This document shows positions 1-10,500 of a stretch of DNA of 64,000 bases, piece after piece (the first letter of the stretch is position 1; every line of letters starts with the position of its first letter). Source of the stretch: an uncultured Saccharicrinis sp. (GTDB taxonomy: Bacteria; Bacteroidota; Bacteroidia; Bacteroidales; Marinilabiliaceae); NCBI GenBank assembly GCA_964602515.1, contig CAZRRJ010000004.1, positions 152,220-216,219 on the forward strand, written 5' to 3'. Both the position numbers and the translations under genes were made by a program. The notes below the pieces were generated by a model. The model was not told where the DNA came from. It worked only from the letters and a program-made list of their open reading frames with translations, and made no database searches.

Positions 1-133
1 TTAAGCTCTTACCTGTAAACATACTACCGCCAAAATTCAGTACTACTTGTGCTATGTACTGTTTAATAATGTACTGTCTTATAATTTGTCCGATAGCTAT
101 CTGAACTTTTATTTTCTCATTATTTTCAAACAT
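1..133 (-). CDS. hypothetical protein, N-terminal 44 codons only (runs off the left edge)
   Basis: ATG at 133-131 on the minus strand, open to position 1 (MFENNEKIKVQIAIGQIIRQYIIKQ...). No recognisable motif. Confidence 0.25.
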   Translation of the reverse strand, partial: MFENNEKIKVQIAIGQIIRQYIIKQYIAQVVLNFGGSMFTGKSL

Positions 134-288
134 CTAAAACAGAATAAACGCCATAGTTAAATGTATAAGTAGTGGCCTATAGCGTGTTAGCTTCCTGTCA
201 AACTAACACACTTGTTTATACAGGTTGTAAAAGTCGATATGTATTACCCTTACCTACCCTTACTGATACAAAATGTTAGACATAAATT

Positions 289-1344
289 TTAATACCATTT
301 CTTTCTCTTAAAGTATATCATCATCCCAATAAATATACCAATCATGATAAACCAAATGCTTAAATATCCCCATTTCCAATTTAATTCTGGCATGTTGGAA
401 AAATTCATTCCGTAAATACCTGCAATAAATGTCAAAGGGATAAATATTGTAGAAACAACAGTTAGGGTTTTCATAACTTGGTTCATACGGTGACCTTGAA
501 CCGAAAAAAACAAATTAGTACTACTTTCAAGTTTAACCTCAATATGTTCACATTCATCAATTAAAGACAGGCAAAGATCTTTCAGTTCATAAAAGTATTT
601 TATATGGCGCTCATCAACAAAGTTGAATTTTTCCCGTTCAACTTTTATAATAAACTCTTTAATTGGCAAAACGTTTTTCTTAACCAGATATACCTGTCGC
701 TTAAAAAGTTCAATTGAATTAATAATTTCAGGAGATGGATCCTGAATAATATCAATTACAACTGTTTCGCTTATTTTGTACTCAATATCATTTAAAGTCT
801 TAAAATAATTGTCAAGAATTGATTCAAGTAACAAATACAATAAATAATCTGAACCTCGTTTGCGAACAATACCAATATCTTTTCTCAGTCGCTCTCTAAT
901 GTGATTAAAATAATCAGCTTTTCGTTCCTGAAACGAAACCAAATAATTTTTGCCAAGGATAAAACTTAGTTGCTCCTGTTCTAACAAGGAATTGCCCGTG
1001 GGAATTATTGATTTTAAGGTGAAAAACCAATAATCATCATACTCTTGAAATTTTGGTCTTTGATTGACATCCAAAAGATCTTGAATTGCTAAATCATGAA
1101 TATCGAGCTTATTACAAAGTGTTTTAATCATTTCCGTATCATGAATTCCATGCACATTCAACCAATTATTACTCTCATTAGGAAGGAATTCTTTAAATTC
1201 TGAAATTTTAAAGTCAGAATTTTCATTACATTCTGACTTGTTGTAAACAAACAGCTGAGCACTTAACTCATCAACTTGTTTAACACCTGTAAAAGTCGGA
1301 GTTGTTGGATTTACCTTTTTCCTATTTAGAAGTCTGGTCATCAT
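289..1344 (-). CDS. corA: CorA-family magnesium/cobalt transporter
   Basis: 351 aa. Two C-terminal TM helices carry the CorA signature YGMNF (..GIYGMNFSNMPEL..). ATG start confirmed. Confidence 0.9.
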   Translation of the reverse strand: MMTRLLNRKKVNPTTPTFTGVKQVDELSAQLFVYNKSECNENSDFKISEFKEFLPNESNNWLNVHGIHDTEMIKTLCNKLDIHDLAIQDLLDVNQRPKFQEYDDYWFFTLKSIIPTGNSLLEQEQLSFILGKNYLVSFQERKADYFNHIRERLRKDIGIVRKRGSDYLLYLLLESILDNYFKTLNDIEYKISETVVIDIIQDPSPEIINSIELFKRQVYLVKKNVLPIKEFIIKVEREKFNFVDERHIKYFYELKDLCLSLIDECEHIEVKLESSTNLFFSVQGHRMNQVMKTLTVVSTIFIPLTFIAGIYGMNFSNMPELNWKWGYLSIWFIMIGIFIGMMIYFKRKKWY

Positions 1345-1671
1345 TTTCTAAGTCTTTTTATAATACAATAGTTCTTTATCAATATTTGTAATCTCTGAAT
1401 CATCAAAACTGATTACTTTATCAATTAATTCATTCTTACTTTGAGTTATTTAGTTTGTAACAACTTAAAGAAATAGAATTGAGATTTATTGTTGACAAAT
1501 GTAAGGTAATTACCTAAACAAAATATGCCTGTTGCACAAAGCTTTTTTAAGATATATGTATTAATATAGATTGTATTCATAAAATAGTAACTCGATTATA
1601 CAGTTTAATAGCTCTTACGATTGTTTGATTGCTCGCCTGCAAAGGAATAAACTCTGGCTGGGTGGCATTAG

Positions 1672-2106
1672 ACTCTAGTTTGTTTTTCTTGTTGTATAAT
1701 ATTGCTCCTCAATGGTTTGGCTGGTGCAAAAATCCCTAACACTTTTGCCCCCTAAATTCTCGGTAACTACTTCCAAATAAGAATCTTGAACGAGCATGTC
1801 TAAACCCTTTTTAATCAAGAGATTTTAGCTGTTCGATTTCTTTTTGAAGTTCCTTTAAACGGCTAATTTCATCTTTAGTTTGTACTATAGTACGTTTATT
1901 AAATCTTTTCGGTCGTACTTTCGTACCCACTCATTGATTGTACTTGACTGTATTCCATAAATTCAGGACAGTTGTCTTTTTGAATATTTCCCAGTATTAA
2001 GTTCGGTTAAATTTTGAGTTTAAAACTCTCACTGTAACATCGTGTTAAACCATCGTTTTTATACATATCTACTTATTTAGTGTAGACATATTTTAGGACG
2101 ACACTG
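1672..2106 (-). mobile_element. truncated, stop-broken IS3-family-like element (OrfA/HTH part only)
   Basis: Minus-strand reading from the ATG at 2066 gives ..RCYSESFKLKI*..ELNTGKYSKRQLS.IYGIQSSTINEWVRKYDRKDLIN..KDEISRLKELQKEIEQLKSLLIKKGLDMLVQDSYLEVV.. This is an HTH plus leucine-zipper layout typical of an IS3-type OrfA, broken by stops and frameshifts. A ~40-bp terminal leader ends at 2106. No DDE OrfB follows. Confidence 0.6.
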
Positions 2107-2852
2107 TAATTGTAAGCCGTTTTATGTTACCTGATTCTCTGTTGTTTCTTGCCATTTTAATTATAATAGGAATACTTAATAAGCTTGTTCCAGTGCCAAT
2201 AAAAAGTGCCTCCCGAAGATCCATATCACTGTCAAAGAAGTAAAAAACTGTTTCTTGAGGTTGTTTATTACCGCCAACGACATCGCCATATGAAGTGATC
2301 CGATTGACGTGTGTTATATTCGATTTCTCGTTTATTCCTCAGCTTGCGCGGAAGCCAAAGCTACTTTATGATGGCTTATTTCCGGTTAGAAAATACGAAA
2401 ATAGGTATTTCCATGAAATATCCTAAAGGATGTTCATAAATAACGTCCCTTTACTTATGAACAGGATAAAAATGGAGAACAGATCAATTACGGTAAGCGT
2501 TTACCCCAAATTTTGAAGTTACCTCATCACAATCAGCAATTAAAGAACTCGTCAGAACGCTATTTCTGAACACTTGCTGACTATAAATTAAGCGTGCACC
2601 TTGCAAGAAAATAAGCTATTCTGAGTCAATAACGCAAGGAGTATCTGTTTATAAGTAAACTGATTAAACTGTTTACAGCTTTAAGTTGTATTGCAATGCA
2701 TAACATTCCTTCCTGGTTCTACCAGGTTTATGTCGTACCAACTATCCTTTACTCCCTACACTTTAAAGTTTAAATCAAACTTATGTGGGTAAAAAACAAT
2801 ATATGTTTTTTAAAATATTAGCATCTTGAGTATCTGAATTTGCGATAATCAT
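2107..2852 (-). pseudogene. sirtuin (SIR2-family NAD-dependent deacylase)-like pseudogene, multiple stops/frameshifts, 3' end cut by the IS remnant
   Basis: Readable only by stitching at least 3 frames. Fragments, with the consensus each resembles in brackets: LNFKV*GVKDSWYD (PxFR..GLW), PGRNVMHCN (PN.AH), LLALLTQNSLFSCKV (TQNID.LH.AG), ITSYGDVVGGNKQP (RP.VV.FGE), EALFIGTGTSLLSIPII (viGTSl.V.P). The ~745-nt span fits sirtuin length. Confidence 0.4.
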
Positions 2853-2884
2853 CGCGATATATACGCATTTAATGAGTACTTATT

Positions 2885-3316
2885 TTATATTGATTCCGGC
2901 TCTGATAATTTATTTTTACCTTCACTCATCAATTGATTTATGGCAGCTCCAATTCTTTTCCACCTCCAATCAAGCATCCGGTACTTATCAAGTCCTTCGG
3001 GAAGAGGTGTTAACAGATCCACATTGTCAATATAAACTCCAAAATAGGGTACATGTCTATTTCTTGCAAGTACAATTTCTTTAAGCACATCCTTTGTCTG
3101 AAATGTATTTCGTCCTACCAATACAAGTAGTATATTACATTGTTCTAGCAATTCACCTGTCGACTTGGCCCAGTCTTTATGTGATAGGTCGTGCTTTTTT
3201 GACCATGCGAAAACCTTAAATGGTTTGGTTGACAGGCTTGTTTGTCCAACAAACAAACCTTTTTCTACAGTATCATTATAACAATCAAAACTGATGTATA
3301 CGTTTGGTTTTTTCAA
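2885..3316 (-). CDS. TIR-like domain protein (MTH538/DUF1863-like, ThsB-like fold)
   Basis: 143 aa. The N-terminal KKPNVYISFD, mid LLVLVGRNTFQTKDVLKEIVLA and overall length fit TIR-like DUF1863. The only available start is TTG at 3316, with an in-frame TAA six codons upstream and no ATG. Confidence 0.65.
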   Translation of the reverse strand: MKKPNVYISFDCYNDTVEKGLFVGQTSLSTKPFKVFAWSKKHDLSHKDWAKSTGELLEQCNILLVLVGRNTFQTKDVLKEIVLARNRHVPYFGVYIDNVDLLTPLPEGLDKYRMLDWRWKRIGAAINQLMSEGKNKLSEPESI

Positions 3317-3468
3317 TAATCCAAATTTATTATTAACTTATCTTCAACTTCATACTGGCAATAACTGTCAGAGCACCCACCTCTATTAATGTTATACTGG
3401 CCTTCAAATTATAAAGTTAAACATTTTCAGTTACACACTTCAATTTATCACCAATTATCGTTATATAT

Positions 3469-3648
3469 CTATACACTTACTTGTTCTAATTCTGTTATAA
3501 GATATGTAGACATTCCCTGCCCGAGCCTGTTAACTCCTCCATACCCACAAACAGCGTACTTATCACGTATTGCTATAACCACCATAATACCTTTAACTGC
3601 ATGTACTTTAGGATCTCGATGCCTAACTTTACTTCCTTTTCGTATCAT
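3469..3648 (-). CDS. small hypothetical protein (59 aa), loosely DUF2158/YodC-like
   Basis: ORF below the track cutoff: MIRKGSKVRHRDPKVHAVKGIMVVIAIRDKYAVCGYGGVNRLGQGMSTYLITELEQVSV. ATG at 3648, TAG at 3471-3469. A perfect palindrome lies 37 bp upstream. Confidence 0.3.
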   Translation of the reverse strand: MIRKGSKVRHRDPKVHAVKGIMVVIAIRDKYAVCGYGGVNRLGQGMSTYLITELEQVSV

Positions 3649-3684
3649 AACCTGTCCGCTTTTATATTATATAACACTTTTAAT

Positions 3685-3710
3685 AATGCAATATATTAAT
3701 ATATTGCATT
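3685..3710. promoter_or_regulatory. 26-bp perfect palindrome AATGCAATATATT|AATATATTGCATT (candidate operator)
   Basis: The reverse complement equals the sequence itself. It lies upstream of the minus-strand small ORF / TIR-like cluster. Confidence 0.4.
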
Positions 3711-4330
3711 ATATCAATAATTATTTGGTATATTTTTAATATTCTGTCCTAGCATACAAACTACTTTAACCTTGTACTAAAACTTAATAATTCAATAATT
3801 TTGATACTATTATATGTACAATAATGGTTGAACTGTTTAAAATTAAGGTAGTAATAAAAGCCCTCACCACTTTAAAAATACATACTAACAACTATTTTTC
3901 AATAACTTAACAATTGCATACAATCTCCTAAATGATATTAAAGTGACACAATTTGGACTAGTGATACAAAAATATAGTTTTTAGGTTAATAATACATCCT
4001 AATAGCTAAAAAAATAACGTTTGTATACTTACGATTTAAAACCACTATAGAAAATAGTGATTATATTATGATGTTATAAGCTGTGGCCAGTTTACAATCG
4101 CGTTACAATTTAACTGGTTTTTGACTAGTTTTTTTGCAATTCTATGTAAACAAACCCAAACCGGGATATTCAAATGAGTTTGGAAAAATTTATGTCAAAA
4201 ATATGGAAATTTACATAAAAGTCCTGCTTATACCGAATTTATTGGCGTAAATCCGGCATAAGCGATAACTTTCTGCTACCCTAGGTTATCTGCAAAACTC
4301 TAGAAAATTCGCCACATAACACAACTTGTA

Positions 4331-5368
4331 CTATACTAAAACAATTTTGTTTTGCTTACATGTTTCTCTCATATCATTGGGCCATATACTAGCTTGTATT
4401 TCACCAATATGAGCTTTACGTAAAAAGAACATACACAGGCGCGACTGCCCTATACCACCCCCTATTGATAATGGCAACTCGCCACTTAGCAAACGCTTAT
4501 GAAACAGTAACTCACTGCGTTCAGGGCAACCTTCCGTTTCCAGTTGCTTTACCAGCACCTCTGGGCTTACCCTAATCCCCATTGATGATAATTCAAATGA
4601 GTTTTCCAATATAGGGTTCCATACCAGTATATCGCCATTAAGCCCATAATACTTATCACCAGTTGGTGTGCTCCAGTCGTCATAATCCGGTGCACGCCCA
4701 TCGTGTTTTTCACCGTTGGATAACTTATTGCCAATACCTATTAAAAATACGGCGCCATACTCTTTAGCTATGGCATCTTCGCGCTGCTTAGGCGTTAAAC
4801 CGGGGTACTGATCCAATAAATCTTGTGCATGAATAAACTTAATTTCCTCTGGTAATATAGGTTCTATATCAGGGTAGCGTTCAAATACAACAAATTCGGT
4901 ACGCTTCATCACTTCATATATTTTTTTTACGATGTATTTCAGATAATCTATATTGTATTCTTCTTTTGATATATGACGCTCCCAGTCCCACTGGTCAACA
5001 TATAAGGAATGAATATTATCCAATTCTTCATCAGGCCTTATGGCATTCATATCGGTATATAAGCCATAGCCTTGCTCGATATCATAATCAGCCAGCATCA
5101 TACGCTTCCACTTGGCTAAAGAATGTACAACTTCGGCATGTTCATCGTTAAACTCTTTTATAGGAAAAGCTACAGGGCGCTCCGTTCCATTCAAATCATC
5201 GTTAATGCCAGTTCCTTTCATTACAAACAAAGGTGCTGTTACCCGACGTAAGCGCAACTCTGCCGAAAGGGCACTCTGAAAATGATCTTTCACCGTTTTT
5301 ATTGCATGCTCTGTTTGCTTTAAATTAAGTGGTGATTTGTAGTTTTTTGGTATAAATAACTTTGCCAT
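4331..5368 (-). CDS. asnA: aspartate--ammonia ligase (asparagine synthetase A)
   Basis: Reads MAKLFIPKNYKSPLNLKQTEHAIKTVKDHF...RVTAPLFV..GTGINDDLNG.ERPV from end to end, typical of AsnA. I prefer the ATG at 5368 (residue 14 of the track ORF). Confidence 0.9.
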   Translation of the reverse strand: MAKLFIPKNYKSPLNLKQTEHAIKTVKDHFQSALSAELRLRRVTAPLFVMKGTGINDDLNGTERPVAFPIKEFNDEHAEVVHSLAKWKRMMLADYDIEQGYGLYTDMNAIRPDEELDNIHSLYVDQWDWERHISKEEYNIDYLKYIVKKIYEVMKRTEFVVFERYPDIEPILPEEIKFIHAQDLLDQYPGLTPKQREDAIAKEYGAVFLIGIGNKLSNGEKHDGRAPDYDDWSTPTGDKYYGLNGDILVWNPILENSFELSSMGIRVSPEVLVKQLETEGCPERSELLFHKRLLSGELPLSIGGGIGQSRLCMFFLRKAHIGEIQASIWPNDMRETCKQNKIVLV

Positions 5369-5659
5369 ATCTTTAACTAATATTGATTTATTAGACAAAT
5401 ATATCAAATTCTATCAATTAGCAATAATTAATTCCCATACAATATCAATTACAATTATAATTGACTGTAATTGTAACAATTCAAAACTAAACATATCCTT
5501 TTAGTCGAGAGTATAACTCAAGGTTTTTGACGGATAAAAAAAGAACCGCTCTCTACAGGCTGCCTGCCCGTAAAGAACGATTCTTGAAGATCCCCATTCC
5601 CTTACAATGTGAATTAAACTCTATTATTTCTAAAATCTTATTTTATAATTCATCTAACA

Positions 5660-6403
5660 TTAATTGGAATTAAGAATAAAGCGGTTCCCTGGTATAATAA
5701 TCTCTATGCGGGGCGCTATATAAGATTTTGGTAATATACGCCCTTGCTGTTCAGCCCGCTTTTCTCTTTTTTTAACAACTTCTTTTTGATAGGTTTTATA
5801 GCGTTTACAAAACTCATTATAGCCAATTGGTTCTTTGTGTTCAAACGGGTTAACAATTTGTGCCTGTTCATCAAGAATACCAAGCCAAGTGGCCTCATAA
5901 CACAATACCTCATCGGTAGTTGCAAGCCTAAGCACAACACCAGGTAAACCATGTACTTTCCATGGTGCAGCCGTATACTTCAGTTCTGCAGTATAATGGG
6001 CTTTATACTCACGTCCCCTAAACTCTGCCATGGCAGTTTTGCACGGGTATCCAAGAATGGTGTCTTTTTCATTTATCGTAGTCCACTTAAACAGGCTTAG
6101 CTCTTCTTTCATTACCAGGTTATCCTGTCCTAAGCGCTCTTCATACAACAGGTAATTATTGGCATAATCTTTAAATAATATGATAGAATCAGTAGTCAGT
6201 TTATAAGTATTGGCCTTACGCGACCCAGTTTTAAGCATTCGTATGGTATAGCTCAATACCTTATCATTTTGTGCCCTTAACTCCATATGATAGGTATTTT
6301 TTTGGCCATGATTAACGTAATCGTATATAATCTTAAGCTCTTCATTTTGCGCCTGTACACTTAAACTAGCCAGTAAAATTAAAGCTGCCACTATAGCTTT
6401 CAT
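5660..6403 (-). CDS. GLPGLI-family protein (secreted, Bacteroidota-specific)
   Basis: Signal peptide MKAIVAALILLASLSVQA plus the family motif region ..WKVHGLPGVVLRL.. Confidence 0.75.
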   Translation of the reverse strand: MKAIVAALILLASLSVQAQNEELKIIYDYVNHGQKNTYHMELRAQNDKVLSYTIRMLKTGSRKANTYKLTTDSIILFKDYANNYLLYEERLGQDNLVMKEELSLFKWTTINEKDTILGYPCKTAMAEFRGREYKAHYTAELKYTAAPWKVHGLPGVVLRLATTDEVLCYEATWLGILDEQAQIVNPFEHKEPIGYNEFCKRYKTYQKEVVKKREKRAEQQGRILPKSYIAPRIEIIIPGNRFILNSN

Positions 6404-6988
6404 AAAATATATCTTACTACTGAATGTATCATTTCGTATTGATACTGTAAATAAACCAAAAAGTTACCTGTATTTCTAATCATTTTCATTAAATCCATTT
6501 GAAATATCCCGGCATACCTGCACTGTATTGTAATATGGGCTCCATGCAAGACTTGATTAAAGACTCTAATTTATTGGTTGTCATATTCTATTTAATCAAA
6601 AAACATCAAGTACAAAATAACAGAAAACAAAGCAAAATATAATTTTTTCTGGTACTTGTGTACTAGATACATCTTGACCTTAGAGATGACACTAAATATA
6701 TTTCAGCTATTTATAGTGTAAACTAAGATTGAACTCACTTTTATTGTAGAAATTTCTACTCAAATACAAGTCAAACTATGACATAATATTATTTGTACAC
6801 CAGCCAAGTTTTATGTTAGCTTTATTATACAAACAGGTAAAAGTGTAACTATTTATTGTTATAGAAAATTACTGTTTCCTGTTATGAGCCAGGCCATAAA
6901 TGATTTATCGTTTATTCTTTTACCTTATACAGATGTTAAATACATGTTAAACCAATAATTTTATTTGAACTCTTTACCAACAAAAACG

Positions 6989-6996
6989 TATATTTG
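6989..6996 (+). promoter_or_regulatory. candidate Bacteroidota sigma-A -7 box (TAtaTTTG)
   Basis: Matches TAnnTTTG, 18 nt upstream of the ATG at 7014. Confidence 0.3.
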
Positions 6997-7013
6997 TTAA
7001 CAGATTACTTACA

Positions 7014-7391
7014 ATGGCTAGAAAGATAATCCATATTGTTTTAACTTTACTCTTGATGGTGTTTACCACAGGCCTTACTATTTCTATGCATTACTGCGGT
7101 GGAAAGTGGGTTTCAGCATCTGTTATACAAAAAACAGATTCGTGCTGCGGTAATGCTTGTAGCAATTGTGAGAATAAAACATTGCATTATGAAGTTGAGG
7201 AAGATTTTGTAAGTCCTATGGTTACGGAGATTATTCCTGCTATAGAGCTGGATATGCTTTTTCCACTTTTTTTTGCTATTAACGTTGGGCGTACGCCCTT
7301 ATATGGTATTAATAAAGCTGTATTTGATAACGCCTCTCCCCCACTTCCTTTACATACTAGGCTTTCTGTATTACAAACATTTCTTTGTTAG
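7014..7391 (+). CDS. small Cys-rich membrane protein with HYC...CC...PP motifs (first gene of the metal-efflux operon)
   Basis: 125 aa with an N-terminal TM helix, MHYCGG, SCCGNACSNCEN, and C-terminal SPPLPL. I recall an NCBI family named HYC_CC_PP but cannot verify it here. Confidence 0.6.
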   Translation: MARKIIHIVLTLLLMVFTTGLTISMHYCGGKWVSASVIQKTDSCCGNACSNCENKTLHYEVEEDFVSPMVTEIIPAIELDMLFPLFFAINVGRTPLYGINKAVFDNASPPLPLHTRLSVLQTFLC

Positions 7392-7545
7392 GCTACTTTT
7401 TTAATGTTATTCTACAGTAAAGGCTAACAACCTGTACAGGATAGATTAACGCTTTGTTGCAAGCTCTTGCATATTATTAACAAAAGTTGAATTATACCAA
7501 ATGCATTAAAAATACATAATGTTTATGGTATTAAATACATAAGAA

Positions 7546-10500
7546 ATGCTTAATAAAACCATTCGTTTCTTTTTAGAAAATAAGCTGGTTACATTCCTGG
7601 CATTAATCATTTTTACCAGTTGGGGTATTATTAACTCGCCTTTTGGCTGGGATACGGGTATTTTACCATCAGACCCCGTGCCCGTAGATGCCATACCAGA
7701 TATAGGCGAAAACCAGCAAATTGTATACACCGAGTGGCCCGGCCGCTCACCACAGGATATTGAAGACCAGATATCCTATCCCTTAACCACATCGCTTTTA
7801 GGTATTCCGGGTGTTAAAACCATACGTAGTAATTCTATTTTTGGTTTATCAAGTATATATATCATTTTTGATGAGGATGTTGAGTTTTACTGGGGCAGAA
7901 CACGTATTCTTGAAAAACTAAATGCCCTACCTGCCGGCACTTTGCCCAACGATATAAGCCCTTCGTTAGGCCCCGATGCTACTGCTCTTGGACAAATATA
8001 CTGGTATACGCTCGAAGGGCGCGATAAAGACGGTAATCCGGCCGGTGGCTGGGATCCACATGAGTTGCGTACCTTACAGGATTTTCATGTACGTTACGCC
8101 TTAACCGCTGCCAGTGGTGTGGCCGAAGTGGCTTCAATTGGCGGATTTGTAAAGGAGTATCAAATAGATATTGACCCCAATGCCATGAAAGCGCATAAGG
8201 TTAATATTGCTCAAATAATGGCGGCAGTTAAAAATAGTAACCTCGATATTGGTGCGCGTACCATTGAGTTTAACCGTGCCGAATACCTTGTGCGGGCTTT
8301 AGGTTATATTAAAAACCTTGAAGATTTGGAAAAAAGTGTGGTGGTAGTACGTAACAATATACCCATTCGCTTAAAAGATGTGGCTAAAATAAATTTTGGG
8401 CCGGCCGCTAGGCGTGGTGGTTTAGATAAAGGTGGTGCCGAAGCTGTGGGTGGTGTGGTGGTAGCCCGCTATGGTGCTAACCCTTTAAAAGCAATTGAAA
8501 ACCTAAAGGCTAAAATAGCTGAAATAGAGCCGGGCTTACCCTCTAAAACACTGGCCGATGGTACAGTTTCTAAAGTTAGCATAATACCATTTTACGACCG
8601 TACGGGCTTAATTAAAGAAACGCTTGGTACTCTTGAAGAGGCTATTTCACTAGAGCTACTCATCAGTATTCTTGTTGTTATTGTACTGGTCTTCAACCTA
8701 AGGGCTTCCTTTTTAATATCCAGCCTTTTACCCATTGGGGTATTAATTACTTTTATTACCATGCGCCGCTTTGGTGTTGATGCAAATATTGTAGCTCTAT
8801 CGGGTATCGCTATTGCCATTGGCGTTATGGTTGATGTGGGTGTAGTATTTGTTGAAAATATTATACGGCATATTGAACTGCCCGAAAACGAAGGTGCCAA
8901 AGGCAAACAACTACTCAACATAGTATACACGGCTACTACAGAAGTAGCCGGGGCTGTTATTACCGCCCTATCTACTACCATTATTAGTTTTTTACCCGTG
9001 TTTGCCATGGAGTCTGCTGAAGGTAAGCTATTTAAACCCCTGGCTTTTACCAAAACGTTTACCATGTTATCGGCCTTAATAGTTGGGCTAATTATTATTC
9101 CATCGCTGGCTCACCTTATCTTTTCCTTTAAAATTGATAAAAAACGCTACCAACGTTTGGGTAATTTAATATTAATTATGGCAGGTATTGTACTATCAAT
9201 AGCTACAGGTAATTATATTGCCATAGCCCTATCGGCCTATGGTTTTAATGGTTTATTGGCTTATCGTTGGTCAAATGCTAATAAAAAATGGATTAACTTC
9301 ATCACTATTATTATCACTATTGTAGTAGTGGTATTTTTCTTAACCAAAGCATGGATGCCTTTAGGCGCACAAAATTCATTACTAGCTAATTTCTTATTTG
9401 TTATTGCAATTGTTTCAAGTATACTGGGCGGTTTATCATTAGTTGTGGTATTTTATCCTTATATCTTAAACTGGTGCTTAAACCATAAAACGGCCTTTTT
9501 AAGCATACCGGTCTTTATTGTGCTATTTGGTATTACAAGCTGGCAGGGCTTTAATAAGCTCTTTGGTTTTATGCCACAGTATATAAAAGATACAGGTACC
9601 TATACCTACCTGGCTGATAAGCTACCGGGTATTGGCAAGGAGTTTATGCCTTCGCTCGATGAAGGCTCATTTTTACTTATGCCTACCACTATGCCCCATT
9701 CAGGTATAGAAGAGAACCTAGAGGTTATCCGCATATTAGACAAGCATGTAAACGCCATACCTGAGATAGAAACGGTAGTTGGAAAATGGGGGCGCGTTAA
9801 TTCGGCTCTCGACCCTGCTCCAACTTCTATGTACGAGAATGTTATTAATTATAAGCCTGAGTATATTCTAAATGAGAAAGGCCACCGTATGCGCTTTAAA
9901 GTAAATAAGGAGGGGGCATTTATTCTTAAAGATGGTACTACTTACCATCCTGAAACGGAAGCTTTCAGGCTTATTGAGAAGGAAAACCTGCTTGACGATA
10001 AAAATGGCGAGTATTTCAGACAATGGCGCAGTGAGATTAAATCGCCCGATGATATCTGGAATGCTATCTTGGAAAAAAGCTCTATTCCGGGCCTAACATC
10101 GGCACCTAAATTACAACCTATCTCTACAAGACTAGTAATGTTGCAAACAGGTATGCGGGCACCAATGGGCATTAAAGTGTATGGCCCCGATTTAAACAGT
10201 ATTGAGAAGGTGGGTTTTGAACTGGAAAAATTACTTAAGCAAGTAGAAGGCGTACAGGGCATGTCGGTATTTGCCGACCGCGTGGTTGGCAAGCCTTACC
10301 TTGAAATGGAGATTGAGCGTGATGCCATAGCACGATACGGTTTAAATGTAAAGGATTTACAAGCTGTTATTGGCAGTGCTATTGGTGGTATGCAGCTTAC
10401 AACTACTGTTGAAGGACGCGAACGCTTTCCGGTTCGCTTGCGCTATGCACGCGAATTTAGAGATAATCCCGGGGATCTGGAACGGATACTGATTCCTACC

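Noticed and set aside
2872-3084. 70-aa plus-strand ORF
   Set aside because: Antisense to the TIR-like ORF, with no features.
1672-3316. Calling the TIR-like plus sirtuin-like pair a Thoeris (ThsA/ThsB) system
   Set aside because: The sirtuin relic is short (~250 aa) and of the TQN housekeeping type. It shows no sign of a SLOG or Macro/TM module, and it is a pseudogene. Only the looser statement in the findings is supportable.
3389-3739. 116-aa plus-strand ORF in the corA-asnA accessory patch
   Set aside because: The composition is implausible (Tyr/Leu/Ile/Thr-rich, no motif). It overlaps the better-looking 59-codon minus-strand ORF and the palindrome.
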